From Gnetum montanum (Eukaryota; Plantae; Gnetophyta): DNA of 64,000 nt. Below the pieces are notes generated by a model. It saw only the letters and a program-made list of their open reading frames with translations, did no database searches and was not told the origin of the DNA. Where the stretch lies: NCBI GenBank assembly GCA_015680685.1, contig MNCI01000651.1, positions 186,001 through 250,000 on the forward strand. The letters are read 5' to 3'. Positions within the stretch are counted from its first letter, which is position 1. Each line of letters begins with the position of its first letter. The position numbers and the translations under genes are program-made. Positions 13,255-26,200 of this stretch are shown here, piece after piece.

Positions 13255-14651
13255 GGCTATATTACTAAGAATGCATTAGAAATAGGCTATAAATGGTAAA
13301 ATAAAAGTAAATTCCAGAAAATGAAATTAAAAACCTTTTAAAAGAAATAAAAACAATGAAAAATGAGGTACTTACTATAATTCGTAAGTGGAGGATATGA
13401 GAGGTTTTCCTCCTTATCAAGAATGGAAAGTTGGAAACCTTGGTTTCAAGCCTCTATGAAGTTGGCCTTCCAATTTCCTCTATGTTGTGTATGGTAGTGG
13501 GGAAAGAAGGGGTTGAGATAATGGAAATATCACATCTTCTATCTTAATGTTGATGAAGGGGAAGGATGAAAACAAAAGTAGAAAGTTTGGGTTTTCCTAT
13601 TAAAATTTTTTTCTAGTAGGATGCCAACTCTCTAACCTTTGAAAAAGGGGAGAAGCTAACTTTCAAAAGTTTGGTAATTTCTAGCAGGGCTACACCACCC
13701 ACTTTATAAACCAAAAGAAAATTTGTAGAAAAAAGGAAAGGATGGAAAATCTTAAATGCTAGCCTTGGAAAAAAATAAATTCACATCAAGTGCTATGAAA
13801 AGTCATCACCCAACCACCTGCAACTTCCATGCTGTAGTTTTTATCACAGTGGGGGGGGGCATCATTGATCTTTTAGGAGTTTTATCTACAAAAATATAGG
13901 AAAATACTTTCAATTTTTAATATTTATTTTGGAGAATTTTGTGTTAAGCCTCTCCCACATTGGACTTCCCAACTACTTCTATAGTGGGTNGTTTGTCTTA
14001 AGCCTCTCCCACATTGGACTTCCCAACTACTTCTATAGTGGGTATGGTAGGGGGATGAAGGGGGTGGGGGGAAGGGGAGGGGGTTAAGTATGGGAATTTC
14101 ACACCTCCTAACCCAATTTCAACATGGGGGAAGGCTAAAAAATCAAAGTGGAAGGTTGGTATTTTTCCACTAAAACTAGTTTTAGTAGGCTACCAACTTT
14201 CTCAATATGGAAGGATGGCGGAGAAGTCAACTTCTAGAAGATGGGTGGCTTCCAGAAGGGTTGAACCACCTACTTTAGAAACCAGATAAATTGGCTAAAA
14301 GATTCACAATAGGTGTTGTGAAATTTTAGCAACGAAATCATCTATAACTTCCATTATGATGCTTCTTCTATAGGGGAATTTTGGAAGCCCAAGGGGATAA
14401 GGAAATGCATAAAAAAATCAATGTTGGCTTTAGAAATTCACAAAAACTACTATAAAAATTTCAAAGCTCAAAAACCTACCACTTCCACATTGGTTTTTGT
14501 AAGTAGAGAAGAGTGAACTATAGCATTCATTGTGAGGTAGATTCAAAGGGTTTGGCTACAAAAACCAAGGAAAATCTTGCAAATGGTAATGAAAAGAACA
14601 TATTTGGTCATAGAATTTAGGTGAGTGCCCTCCTTATAGAGTAAAAAAAAC

Positions 14652-16253
14652 TATTGCAACTAAAAACCTTAGTTGCTAGAAAAATTGAAGATCCTTACTA
14701 CAGTAGTTTCTCAACCCATGAATCCCCAAGGCCTCCATGGAAAAAATGTGATTCAAGGTGCCCTAGCTAATTTAGGAGATTAACTAGGGACTTATGAAAT
14801 GCAAAGCATGTTGAATGAAATGCAAAACTAACAGCAGATCTAAATAATGAATAGATAATAAATGAATGTATTCTGTACACAAAACTTAAAACTTCAAACT
14901 TTATTGAGAATAAATAAAGAATGAATTAGAAAAAATGTATACAAATGGTGCTTGAATGAGCAACCAAGGAGGGGTTCACTAGTGCAAGAGTTCAAAGCTT
15001 GTTCAAGCTAATGCAATATGCTCCATGATCCTAGTGCTAAGCCAATCCTAATGCTTTTGAACCTTCCTTAGCTACAACCTTATATCTACAACATTTTCTA
15101 TGATTGGGATAGGAAAGTGTGAAAAATCTAAGCTATCCAAATGCTCTATGTTGATAGTTGGGAATGCCAAGAGTGTAGTGTGGAGCTTGAAAATTCATGA
15201 ATCTCATAGGTGATTACAAGTCCACAAGGCCACAAGGTGTTTATGATAGGTTAAAGAGAATACAAGTGTGGAAATGTGCAAAAAATCTTGAGTGCTTGAT
15301 AATGTCCAAGTGTAGAATTGTGAACAATTTTGTGTGCAAAGATGTGTGCATGCCAATAGTTACTAAATTGTGTAAAATTTCTCAATTGTAAAAAATTCTA
15401 TAACCTTCTAAAAATTGTGGAACTTGTAAATGGTGTTTGAGGTTGGCTTTCATAGGTTATTTGGGTCATGAATGGGGACACAAAATAGCAATGATTTGGC
15501 TACAAAATATCTGCAAAATGGCTACAAAATTCAAGTGAGATGGATGCCCAAACTTGGGGGGTCACTATACATAGTAAGTGCTTCCCCCCATGGACATTCC
15601 ATTTACTATAAATAGTAATTTGGGAACAACTTCCATGCTAGAGATGACTCTTTTACACATAAGCTCTCCACCATGCTTGTTGAAGTGGATGATCAATGTT
15701 AAAGTGCATGATGTATGAAAATTGGTCTATTGTGGCTTTCACAGTAGGGAATGTAAATTTTAATGTTGGGGGTGGAGACTCCTTTTGGGGGAGACTTCCA
15801 CATTAAGGGAGAAAGGTTTCTAGGCTATGCATGTGGTCTTCACACTGAAGGAGGGAAGTTTCCAAAACCCCTGCCCTTCCATGCTGAAGGTAGGTTAGAT
15901 TTACCCTCCTACATGTGTTTCCAACATAGAAAGGTGTATATCCCACCCCCTCCCGCATAAAACCCATCAAATTACCTTTTCTGGCATTCCAAAAGGCATT
16001 TTTGACCACCTCCCCCCCCCCCCCCCCCCCCCCCAACATGCTGAAATATAGACACTAGGTAACTTTTTTCACTTGGGGAATGAGACTTGGGCCACTTATG
16101 AGGCATTTTTCAATCCTAAAAGTATAAAGAATGTGAAATTGCCCACTGTGGGTTACAATTTTCACATTTACAATGAATTTTGCCATAATTTTCATTGGAT
16201 GAAAGCTACATGATGAAGATTGTCTATAACATGCAAATATTTGTAGTGTTTCA
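14652..16253 (-). repeat. 5' LTR of element B (~1.6 kb)
   Basis: Inverted homolog of 16606-18080; followed on minus by a short T-rich spacer and a decayed tRNA-Asn PBS. Confidence 0.85.
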
Positions 16254-16605
16254 ATACCAATTGGATAACTTAGTCATTTCGATGATGGAGGTTGGATATC
16301 ATTACACCTATAACACCTAAGCCTCCCACAAGGCATAGCTTTATCATCGCTACAACTGAATAATTCATGACATGGATTGAAGCTACTCCCCTTAGGAAGA
16401 CAACATATCAACAAGTTCATAGATTGGTACTAGATAACATAATATCTTATTTCGACATACCTATGACCATAGTCGTAGATAATGAACAAGAATTTAGTAG
16501 CTAAGAAATGAAAAAGTTTTGTCATTCCCTAGGAATTAAGCATTCCTTCTCATCACCATATTACCCTTGAGCTAATGGGCAAGTCAAAGTAAGTAATAAG
16601 GCCAT
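16254..16605 (+). pseudogene. pol: Integrase core fragment of the oldest host element H
   Basis: IT*SFR*WRLDII...HSFIIATTE*FMTWIEA...IPMTIVVDNEQEF...FSSPYYP*ANGQ. Confidence 0.9.
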
Positions 16606-19600
16606 TCAAACACCATAAAAATTTGCATGTTGTAATCAATTTCCATCATGTAGCCTTCACCCCATAAAACCCAAGGTAAAACATCATTGTAAATGTGAAG
16701 ATTGTAACCCATAAGATGCAATCTCACATATTTCATACTTTTTGTCTTTACAAATGCCTCATAAGTGGTCAAAGCCTCATTCCCAAGTGAAAAGAGTTAC
16801 CTAGTATCTATATTCGGGCTTGGAAAGGTTCAAATGTCTTTTGGGATGCCAAAAGTGGAAATTTGATGGGTTTTATGAGGGATATATACTTTTCTAAGCT
16901 AAAAATAGCTATAGGGTGGTAAATCTCACCTACCCTTAGCATGGAGGGGTGCGGGCTTCCACCTCACAGTGGAAACTTCACCTCCAATATGGAGACTACA
17001 TGCATAGCATTAAAAGCCTTTTTTCCTCAATGTGAAAGTTTTTCCCCACTAGCATGGAGGATCCAACCCTAATGTAGAAATTACGTGCCCTAGCATGGAA
17101 GCAACATGAGAAAGATTTCTATACTTTGTTGACTTCAAGGTTAACCAACCACTTTAGCAAGAATGGAAAAAGGCTCAATGTGGAAGATCTGCCTCTAGCA
17201 TAGAAGATGTCCCCCACTACTATTTAGATAAATGAAATATACATTAGGGTCTAGCACTTGTTATGTATAGTAACCCTCCAAATTTTGGCATCCATCTTAC
17301 CTGTATGAGGTAGAAATTTGCAAAAATTTTCAGCCAATCTATCAGCCAATTTGTTGCAAAATTTATGGCCCAAAATATATAAAAGTAAAACCCCCAACAC
17401 CAATTCAAGGTTCCTCACTTTGGAAATTTTAAGTAGGTACCAATTTTGGTTTATAAGAGCTCTTGCAACACTTGAGAAACATAGCTTCTTAGGGCCTCCT
17501 AGCATGAAACCCCTACAACCCTATTATCCCCTTTGCTACCTCCTTGAGACTTGTGGGTTTTAGGTTTCAATGTTGCATTTCTGGGACCCACAACCCCTAG
17601 CATGAAGTATTTTTATAGCCAAATCCCTCACTCTTCTCACACCAAGTCGTGACCAAAGTTTCATATCTATAATTTGTAATAGAGAAGGTTCAAAAGCATC
17701 AAGAGTGGCTTAGCATTTGGATGGTGGAGCAGATCACATCACCTTCAACAAGCTTTGAACTCCTACTCTACTGAATCCCCCTTTTCTCTCTCATGAGCTT
17801 TTCTTGTGCACATTTCTAAAACTCATTCTTTATTATTTTTAATAAATTTTTAAAGTTTTATTTTGTGTGAAATTTGCATTTGCTTTCCATTTTCTAGATT
17901 TGTAATTTTTGCATTTTATTTTCTCAACCCTCTATTTTGCATTTGATAAGTCCCTACGTAATCTACCAAATCATCTAGGGCATCTTGAATTCCATTTTTT
18001 GGAGGCCCTAGGGATTCAAGGTTGAGGCTATTGCATCAAAACTTTTGATTTTCTAGAGATTGATTTTTCCAATTGCAATAGTTTTTTGGAGATAGAAGGA
18101 GGTCCTCCATTTGATTTCTTCATAAAAAATCTATCTCCCTCATTGCCAACGTTTTAATTTAAAAGGTTTTCTTGATTTTGATAGTGAAAAAACGATGAAA
18201 ACCAACGTTGCCCCTTCACCCTTGTGATAGAAAGTTAAATGTGTGAGTTGTGGGTGTTTGAGTATTTTACTTTTTTTTATAGCACTTGCTGTGAATTTTT
18301 CAACCGATGCCCAATGTTGATACCATTCCCCTCCCCCTCCCTCCATTTTTTGCTACTAATTCTTTCTTTAGTTTTTCAATGTTAGTGGTGCAACTCTTCC
18401 AAAAGCCATCAAACTTCCAAAAGTTAACTAAACCCCCATCCTTCCTAGCTAAGAAAACTAGCAACCTACCAAAACTAGTTTCTAATGGAAAACACCAACT
18501 TTCTACATTGGCTTCCAGCACCTCAACACCATTGTTGGAATAGGAAGGTGTGAGATTACCTTATTTCACCCCCTTCTTTCCCACAAGCCATAGGTAGATT
18601 AGAGGCTACTAAGAGGCCAACATGAGTAGATTTAGTGTTAATATTCTGGCAAAGGGGTATACCCCCCCTATCCCTCACTTACCAATTATAGTAAGTGCTT
18701 CATTTTCAGTCATTTTTTGCTTCCTATAACCATTTTTGAATTTCATTTTCTGAAATTTACTCCTATTTTTACTATTTATAGCCTATTTCAAGCATTTTTT
18801 GAGATTATAACCATGCCTTTTTAGCAATCAACCCAATTACCTTTCACATTCACCAATGAGGGATCAAGCCAAGAACCCATAAGGGTCTATGATCCCAAAG
18901 ACCCTACTATATCAAGTGTAGGAAGTCTTTGAGGGTTAAGTGGAAAAGTCCTAACTTTTCAGCCATAAATAATGTTAATTACAATTACATTTGTGCTAAA
19001 ATGTAGGATAGGATGCTAAATCCATGTCTAGATGTAGAAGCCAAAAGGGAGTTTGAGCTCATACACTAGAATGGGAAGGAGCATATCCCTTCCTTATATG
19101 ACCAAATACCCCTCAAAAATATCTGTGCTAGCATCCTAGCTTAGTTTATTGAGATGGAGAAGGAGGATAAAAAGCACATCTCAAAGGAACAATACGAAGA
19201 GAATGATGAGCTTAGGGTAGAATTTGAGCCTAAAAACAACTTGGAAGGGTTGTTCCAACACGTGAACCCCAAAGCCATCGAGCCTTCTCCTAATTCCTTT
19301 GTTTTCTCCATGGGCCTAGTGTCATCATCTTCCACCATGTCCTCTCCTACTATGGTTGATTCCATGCTAGTCATTGCTACACATCAAGAACAATTAGTGT
19401 CATAGGTAGCCACCTTCCATTTCTCCATGCCACTTGCTAACCCATTGACTAGTGATGTGGGGCCTACCATGGAATCTCAAGCAACCTAGGGGTAACATAC
19501 CTCTTTTGTCCCATTTGTGCCTTAGATACTAGGACAAACATCTTTCTCATTGTTTGATCCACAAACTACAATCATGATGCAGTTTCTTCCTCTCATCCTA

Positions 19601-21060
19601 CAACCAATAGCAAGGCCACAAGCCTCACAACAAATAACATAATCATATGTGCAAGTGTTGCAGTGAACAGGGCCACCATAGGGCCTAAATTAGGCCTTCC
19701 AGATGATCTAGGACTTAACAAATGAGTTGAAGAGGCTCAAAGTACCTACTTCTAAAAATGTCAAGATCATGGATTTTTACCAGGACAATCCCATTACTCC
19801 TATGGTCCCACCCTTAACACTTGCTCTTGGTGTCCCTATTCTCTAATTCAGCAAGTATAATGGAGAAGGTAATTCCAATTATCACCTTATAACCTTTTGA
19901 TCTGAGTGCTTGCTATTATAGTTGTGGCCCCAAATTATCATGAGGATTTTCCCTATGTCCTTGACTGGGAAAGTGCATGATTGGTACCTCACCTTACCTA
20001 GAGGATCCATATCCTATCTTGAGGACTTGATATCCTAGTTTGTTAACTGCTTCAAGTATAACTTGAAGCTCAACACCATGCTTGACCAACTGATGAAGGT
20101 CAAGCAAGGATTTCTAGAACCTATGCATAAGTTCATCTAATGATGGAATGGTCTACTAAATGAAATACTAGAGCTTATAGTGGAAATACACCTTTTGGAT
20201 ATATTTAAGAGGGTAGTTAATGAATTTATCAAGTCCAAGCTTTACTACCTTGACCTATGGTCCCCTAGTTAAGCATTCTACTAGACCAAGAATATAGAGG
20301 ATTTTGTGAGGCCAGTAATAACCCATCCTACATAGCATACAAAAATCAACACATTTGGAGGAACAAGGAAAAAATAAACAAAACAACATGGTCATAGCAA
20401 TAATAACTATGAAAGTCAATATCACTAACTAGGGGCCAAGGGACAACCAACCCAAGGCCCCCCACTAATGAAAATGATAACCAACCATCAATTTTTTGCG
20501 CCACTATATTAACTAGAATTAGGAAAAAAATTGAGTGGAAGGATCATAGCTACTACATTACCTTACCTTTGAAGCCATTTGAGTGCTAGATCAATTGTTG
20601 AAGAGAGGGCATCTACAATATATATAGATGATTGAAGCCACTTAAAATAAGTAAGAGTAGTTATGTGAAATAGCCAAATGCCCCACTTGTGCAACAAAGG
20701 ATGACCCTAAATTTCCTAGGTAGTTTAAACTAGACTACTTTTTCCATTATCACCAACTACCTAGTCATGACAAAGATTTCTACCTTTCACTAAAGGATGA
20801 CTTCTAGAAAATGATAAATAGAGGAGAGTTGGTTTTACATGCTTCCACCCCTATCCAACCACAAAATTAGTCAATGCAAGTGTATAAGGACCCATTAAAT
20901 GCTAATAATAGCCCTTATATTATTTTAGCATTCAACATTGATGATAATTGGATACCACTGAGGGAACTATTTGTGATGTGGATACCCCTTCTTGATGAAA
21001 TGTTTTCTTTGGCTTCCACTAGTTCAAGATTATCTTTTTCAATGATCATAGCATCATGGG
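16606..21060 (+). mobile_element. Element G: 5' LTR (16606-18080), PBS and gag of the B family; interrupted by C
   Basis: LTR starts TCAAACACC (decayed TGAAACACC); PBS TGGAGATAGAAGGAGG at 18087-18102; gag from 18813 colinear with B gag up to 21060. Confidence 0.88.
18813..21060 (+). pseudogene. gag: gag of element G, decayed and truncated by insertion of C
   Basis: KYNGEGNSNYHLITF*SECLLL; MSLTGKVHDWYLTLPRGSIS; decayed zinc-knuckle region at ~20740-20800. Confidence 0.85.
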
Positions 21061-22826
21061 TAAAACACCAAAAAATTTCAGCTCAACACTTTGAAACTAG
21101 AAAAATTTAGAGCCTCTTGAGTTTTTGGAGGCAAAAATTTGACTAAAGCATGAAATTCACACTCAACTGGTTAAGCTAGCTTGCCCACACTCAACTTGTT
21201 TAAGCCAGCTTACTCATGCTATCAAGCTAGCTTGACCTCAACGTGAGCAACCCTGACAGCTTCCAAATCAAGTCAAAATGGTCCTAATTTGAATGGGCAA
21301 GGCCCCATTGGGACCCACTGATGATCACTCCAAGTTTTAGAACACAGAACCCAAGATTTCAAAGTCAGAATTACATGAATCTTGCCACTCATGCTAGGTC
21401 ACACTGCCCAGCATGAGTACAGCGTGAGCACAACTTGACCAACTTTCAAAGCCCTGAAACCAAGTCCAAACAGTCTGAATTCAAGCATGTGGACTCCCCT
21501 CAAGTTTTACTAATGTTCATTGTAGCTCCTAGCCTCCAGAACCTCGATAATTAAGCTAAAAGTCACATGATTTGTTTACTCACACCCAGCTCACATTGGG
21601 GTCATGCTGACAGCGTGAGCCCAGCATGACTAAACAAAAAATAGGTCAAATCAAGTAAGCCTAAGCACAATTTTCAGCCTCAAACCAACACAAGGACAGA
21701 CTCAAATTCAACATCCAGGCCACCCTGGGGAGCAGGCAGTAGTTACACTTGAAAAATAGATCTCAAAAATCAAAATTTGGTGTGAAATGAACCATTCCAG
21801 CTTGCTCACACCCAGCTCACACCCAGGTCATGTTGTAGCATGAATCCAGCGTGAGTCCAGTGTGAGCACTATTCATCAACATGAGTACTATTCATGCCCA
21901 AACAAAATCATTCCAAACGCATGCTGAGGACATGCCAGGACCAAATCAACTCACGCTGGGAGCCCCGGTGAAGCATAGATGCCTTAAATAGCTCCCAAAA
22001 CACTCAAATCGAGATCTTGCAGTAGTTGATTTAAAGGACCATGAAGTTTCAAGGAAGCCAGAGTCAATCCCTCTTGGAATCCATTCTAAAGTTTCATTGT
22101 AAGCCTCACCATCTGTGAGCTTATCAAGCTCTTACACTACTTCCATGGGTGTAAGACAGCTTGTGATTGTAAGATACAGTGCATCTGGTCTCGAATGTAG
22201 TCTACCTATGTATACCTGTCATGCGATCCATTTTTCGTAGATTTCACAGCCATGGACCTCATTCATGAATCCTATTCCTGAGCCTAGAAAATGTATAAAT
22301 ACCTTGTTCATTGACATAAACAAGGTGGGGCAAAAATTTGAAAAAGAAAACCAGCAATCCTAAACCTAGACGCACGTGATCCCCAGATCCTACAAACACC
22401 ACACATTGGAGCTTAACGTCTAACTTGCAATCCAGACTTGCAACTATGTTTTGACCAGTGCACATTTTGTCAATTAATACAATACAGTTTCATTTTTGCC
22501 TTCTGTTGTGCTTTTCTGGTTCATTGTCTGTGTTATCTTGTTTTATTGCACATTTTTGCATATTCTGTTTACATTTGCACATTATATTCATGTTTACGTT
22601 TTTTGCATTACACTCTTCGTTTTACATTTCATGATGATAACCCCAGTGTAGGCCATAGCATACGCTTAGGGAAGTCATTGGTTGATTTGTGTGCAGACCA
22701 TCCAAGGCACTCTGCCTTCATTTTTCCAACTTACCCTCATGTGAAGGCATGGTAATCTATGTCTGTTTAGAGATATTTTGGCATTCGTTTTCTTCTAGCC
22801 TTACGTCGATAATTTTGGATAGTACA
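21061..22826 (+). repeat. 5' LTR of element C (~1.77 kb)
   Basis: TAAAACACC (decayed TGAAACACC) to GGATAGTACA, followed by a PBS; both ends match the solo LTR at 36161-38130. Confidence 0.87.
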
Positions 22827-22831
22827 GATAT

Positions 22832-22848
22832 TGGTGCTAGAAGAAGGG
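22832..22848 (+). promoter_or_regulatory. Primer binding site complementary to the tRNA-Asn(GTT) 3' end
   Basis: TGGTGCTAGAAGAAGGG versus TGGCGCTAGAAGGAGGG expected from plant tRNA-Asn ...CCCTCCTTCTAGCG-CCA (tRNA sequence recalled from memory). Confidence 0.8.
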
Positions 22849-22959
22849 CTGAACATGTTTACTATTTAATCAAAACACTGATCACATTTCCTGATAAATG
22901 TTGCATAGATCAAGTACTAAAAACTAAAGCCTAACTTGAGCTACTCACATTAATCCTTT

Positions 22960-23250
22960 TCAGTCATGCTCATGCTGTCCACCCAGTCATGCTGCAAGCT
23001 GGTCACATTCGCACACGCTGCTAGGTCACATTGGCTTGCACATGCTGCGAGGTCATGCTAGCTTGCACATGATGCTAGGTCACGCTAGCTTACACATGCT
23101 AAGGTTAATTATGCTCCCTTTCAGTCATGCTGTCTATTACTACAGAGTTACACATGTCACCTAGCTTGCTCAAGCTAGCTTGCATACACCCAGCTTGCTC
23201 AAGCTAGGCTTGCATACCTTGCTTATACAAATTCATCTAGTCAAGCCAGT
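22960..23250 (+). repeat. Short tandem repeats (~22 bp, GCTTGCACAYGCTGCTAGGTCAC-like) in the 5' UTR of C
   Basis: Visible reiteration at 22990-23100 and GCTAGCTTGC repeats at 23160-23220. Confidence 0.7.
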
Positions 23251-23257
23251 TACACAC

Positions 23258-26200
23258 ATGGAATCTTCTCAGATCAAAGCAACATTGCCCATTTATGAAC
23301 TTAATGCCAAAATCTCAAATCCTATGACCACAACTAAAACCATAGTCTCTGTTAGAGAGATAAACCCTCAAGGGCCAACTCGCCAATCACTCTGGTTATA
23401 AGGCAAAGACCCCACGTATACAATTCTTATCCCAGAACAATACAAATTCATCTACGTAAAGATCCAAGCTAACCTACCCATTGATCACATGAAAATGGAA
23501 GAAAAAAAACATTATGAACTCATATATAAGGGAGGCCATAACTTTATCCCTTCAACATATGACTTGATTCCCCTCTCTAAATTCCATCACGAACTCCTAT
23601 CCCAGCTCCTCATGGCAAGGAATCAAACCTTGCGATAACCCACTATAAAGCCTCAAAATGGAGATGAGAAAGATGATTTCGTAGCTCAATCTGAACATGG
23701 GGATTCATACCACACTATCAGTTCTCATACTTATGAAAATTCATTATTCCATCCTTTCACGGGAGAGACTATGCCACTTCATGCATTTACAAACATTCAA
23801 GCACCTGTTTCTCAACAAGAAGCACCTACTCCCACTCTTGCTTTCCTTACAACCAACACCCAATTCAATATGCCGATCCCTGTCATTCCTCTGGTTACCA
23901 CTTTACCGTCCCTCACACAAGGACAATCCCAAAAACTCCCCTCTCAAGCTAATGTGGGAGCAACCTTCCGACCCCAAATAATTGGGATGGCATCCGTGAT
24001 ACCTGCTTCTACATCCACATATCACATACCACGAGTGCAAATCCAAGGAACAACCTTCACTACTTCAACTCAATAGGTTCAGGGTGTTCCCTCACAACTT
24101 GTAACTGGGCAGTGGCCTACACCTGTCATTCAACAACATCAACCTGCTCACTACACCATACCACCCATTGCAATCCCATCTATGAATGTCTCTCAAATAC
24201 AACCATCAACAACCCTGTAGTCATCTTTCCCACAAATCAGACAACAATCTAACTATCACCATGTAAAATCTAACCAACTAGCCAGTCCACCTAGTGCTCA
24301 GGAATGGGCAAATGCTAGAAAAATGATGCAAGAATTAATCAATAAGGTAAAACACCTTAAAACCACAAACAATGAAGAAGTCAAGGTGTTGGACTTCTAT
24401 CAAGATGATCCAATTAGCTCCTCAGTGCCACCGTTGACTTTACCAAAAGGAATTTCACTGCCACAACTGACCAAGTATAATGGAGAGGGAGATCCAAATG
24501 CTCACGTAGTGATATTCTGATTAGAGTGTCTATTACTTCAGGCTTGGTCTCATGCAATCCTGCACATGTTCTTCATGTCCTTAACTAGAAAAGCCTTAGA
24601 CTGGTATCGAGCCCTACTATGTAACTCCATATCCTCTTTAGAGGATTTGTTACATTAATTTGTTACCCATTTTAAGTATAACCTGAAGCCTAAAGCCATA
24701 CTAGATAGTCTAATCCAAATAAAACAAGTATCGTTGGAGCCCATACAAAAGTTCATCCAAAGATGGAGCACTACCCCTAATGAACTTCATGAGCCTATCC
24801 CAGAAACATATTTACTCACAATCCTTAAAGGTGCCATGAATAACTTTTTTAAGTCAAAACTCTATTATCTGAATGCCCGTACTTTAAGCCAGGCATTTGT
24901 CCAAATCGAAAACATAGAAGAGGCAGCACAGACAAGTCATGACCTAGCTTGCCTAACCTTCAAAAGCCAACATACGAAGAAAGATAAAGATAAGTCTAAA
25001 ACAATAGTCACAGCAGTGGTAGAGACATTTCAACCCAACAACGCAGGGCAGAAAGGGAAACAACCTGCTACCCCCACTAGTCACGAAAAAATTGCTCCTA
25101 CACCTACATCTGAACCATCCTCTACCCAAACTGTTGACACAAGTCATACTCGTACCTTCAAATGAAAAGACGCTACCCAGTACACACCCTTACCCATGAA
25201 GCCTCACAACTACTAGACCAACTTCTAAAGGCTGGGTTGATTCAACATAAGCAGATGTCTCTTGCAGCATCTAAAAAACACGATCGATACTGTGAGTTGG
25301 TTAAAAATCCAATGTTGGTGACAGCTAATGAACCCCCTGTTCCAAGAGGTTTCAGGTTAGATAGATTCTATGAGTATCACCAACGATGTGGACATGGAAC
25401 CAACTATTACTTTACCCTAAAACAAGATATACAATGTATGATTGACAAAGGTGAGATAGTCTTTGACAAAGCCAACCTACTAAGACCTCAAAATTAGTCT
25501 ATGGGGGTCTACAAAGACCCCCTTAATACTAAAGAGGTGTCATATGTCATTAAGACCATCCATGTCGGAAATGAACAAGATATCCCATGAAGGCCTTTTG
25601 TGATTCGTGTGCTTGCTGTAACCATGTCTACGCTAACACCTCCACAAACTCCCTTTGTCACACACACATCTTCTATGTTGCGAAAACCATTCATCATCCA
25701 AGTAGACCCTACAGTTGCAATAGAAAATGTGCCATCGCAAACCTGACCTATCCCATTTGTAATCTAAGTGCCAAAATACCGCAATGTGCAACGCCCAACA
25801 GTTCCACCACGACCCTCTCGAGAATGCCTTGCCGATAGACTGACCAGGGAACATATGGCCAAAGAACATCATGGTCATGAGTTAGGACCACCAAAACCCA
25901 CATCATTGAATGTTTTTCCTATGGTCCTAGTTACTGATCAGCCTAGCACGAGTTTTCAAAACAAGAACTCGAGAGGGTCCAATGTCCCAAACACAATAGC
26001 TATAGTTAATAACGTGAAAGTTCTTCCACGAGAGATTGAAATGTTGGGTCAAATGGATCAAGTCTCAACAGATAAAAACATTCCAAATAGAAAATACTTG
26101 GCCAATTACATAACTCAAGTTACACATGCCTTAAAACAAAAGAACACCTCGCTAAGCCTATATGACCTGGTAATGACCTCCCTAGTGCATCGAGAAGCTC

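Larger units (their letters stand above)
5128..16253 (-). mobile_element. Element B: 5' part of a Tat-type LTR retrotransposon (5' LTR, PBS, gag-pro, hairpin array, antisense spliced gene); pol presumably left of the window
   Basis: LTR starts TGAAACACTAC at 16253 (minus); decayed PBS at ~14628-14645; gag and protease motifs on minus; same family as G. Confidence 0.88.

Noticed and set aside
13944-14044. ~45-bp direct repeat
   Set aside because: Identical copies flank a single N; likely a scaffolding artefact
15572-17263. Pack-MULE or foldback element with long TIRs capturing an integrase fragment
   Set aside because: The inverted arms continue seamlessly into PBS and gag and start with TGAAACAC-type ends; they are the 5' LTRs of B and G
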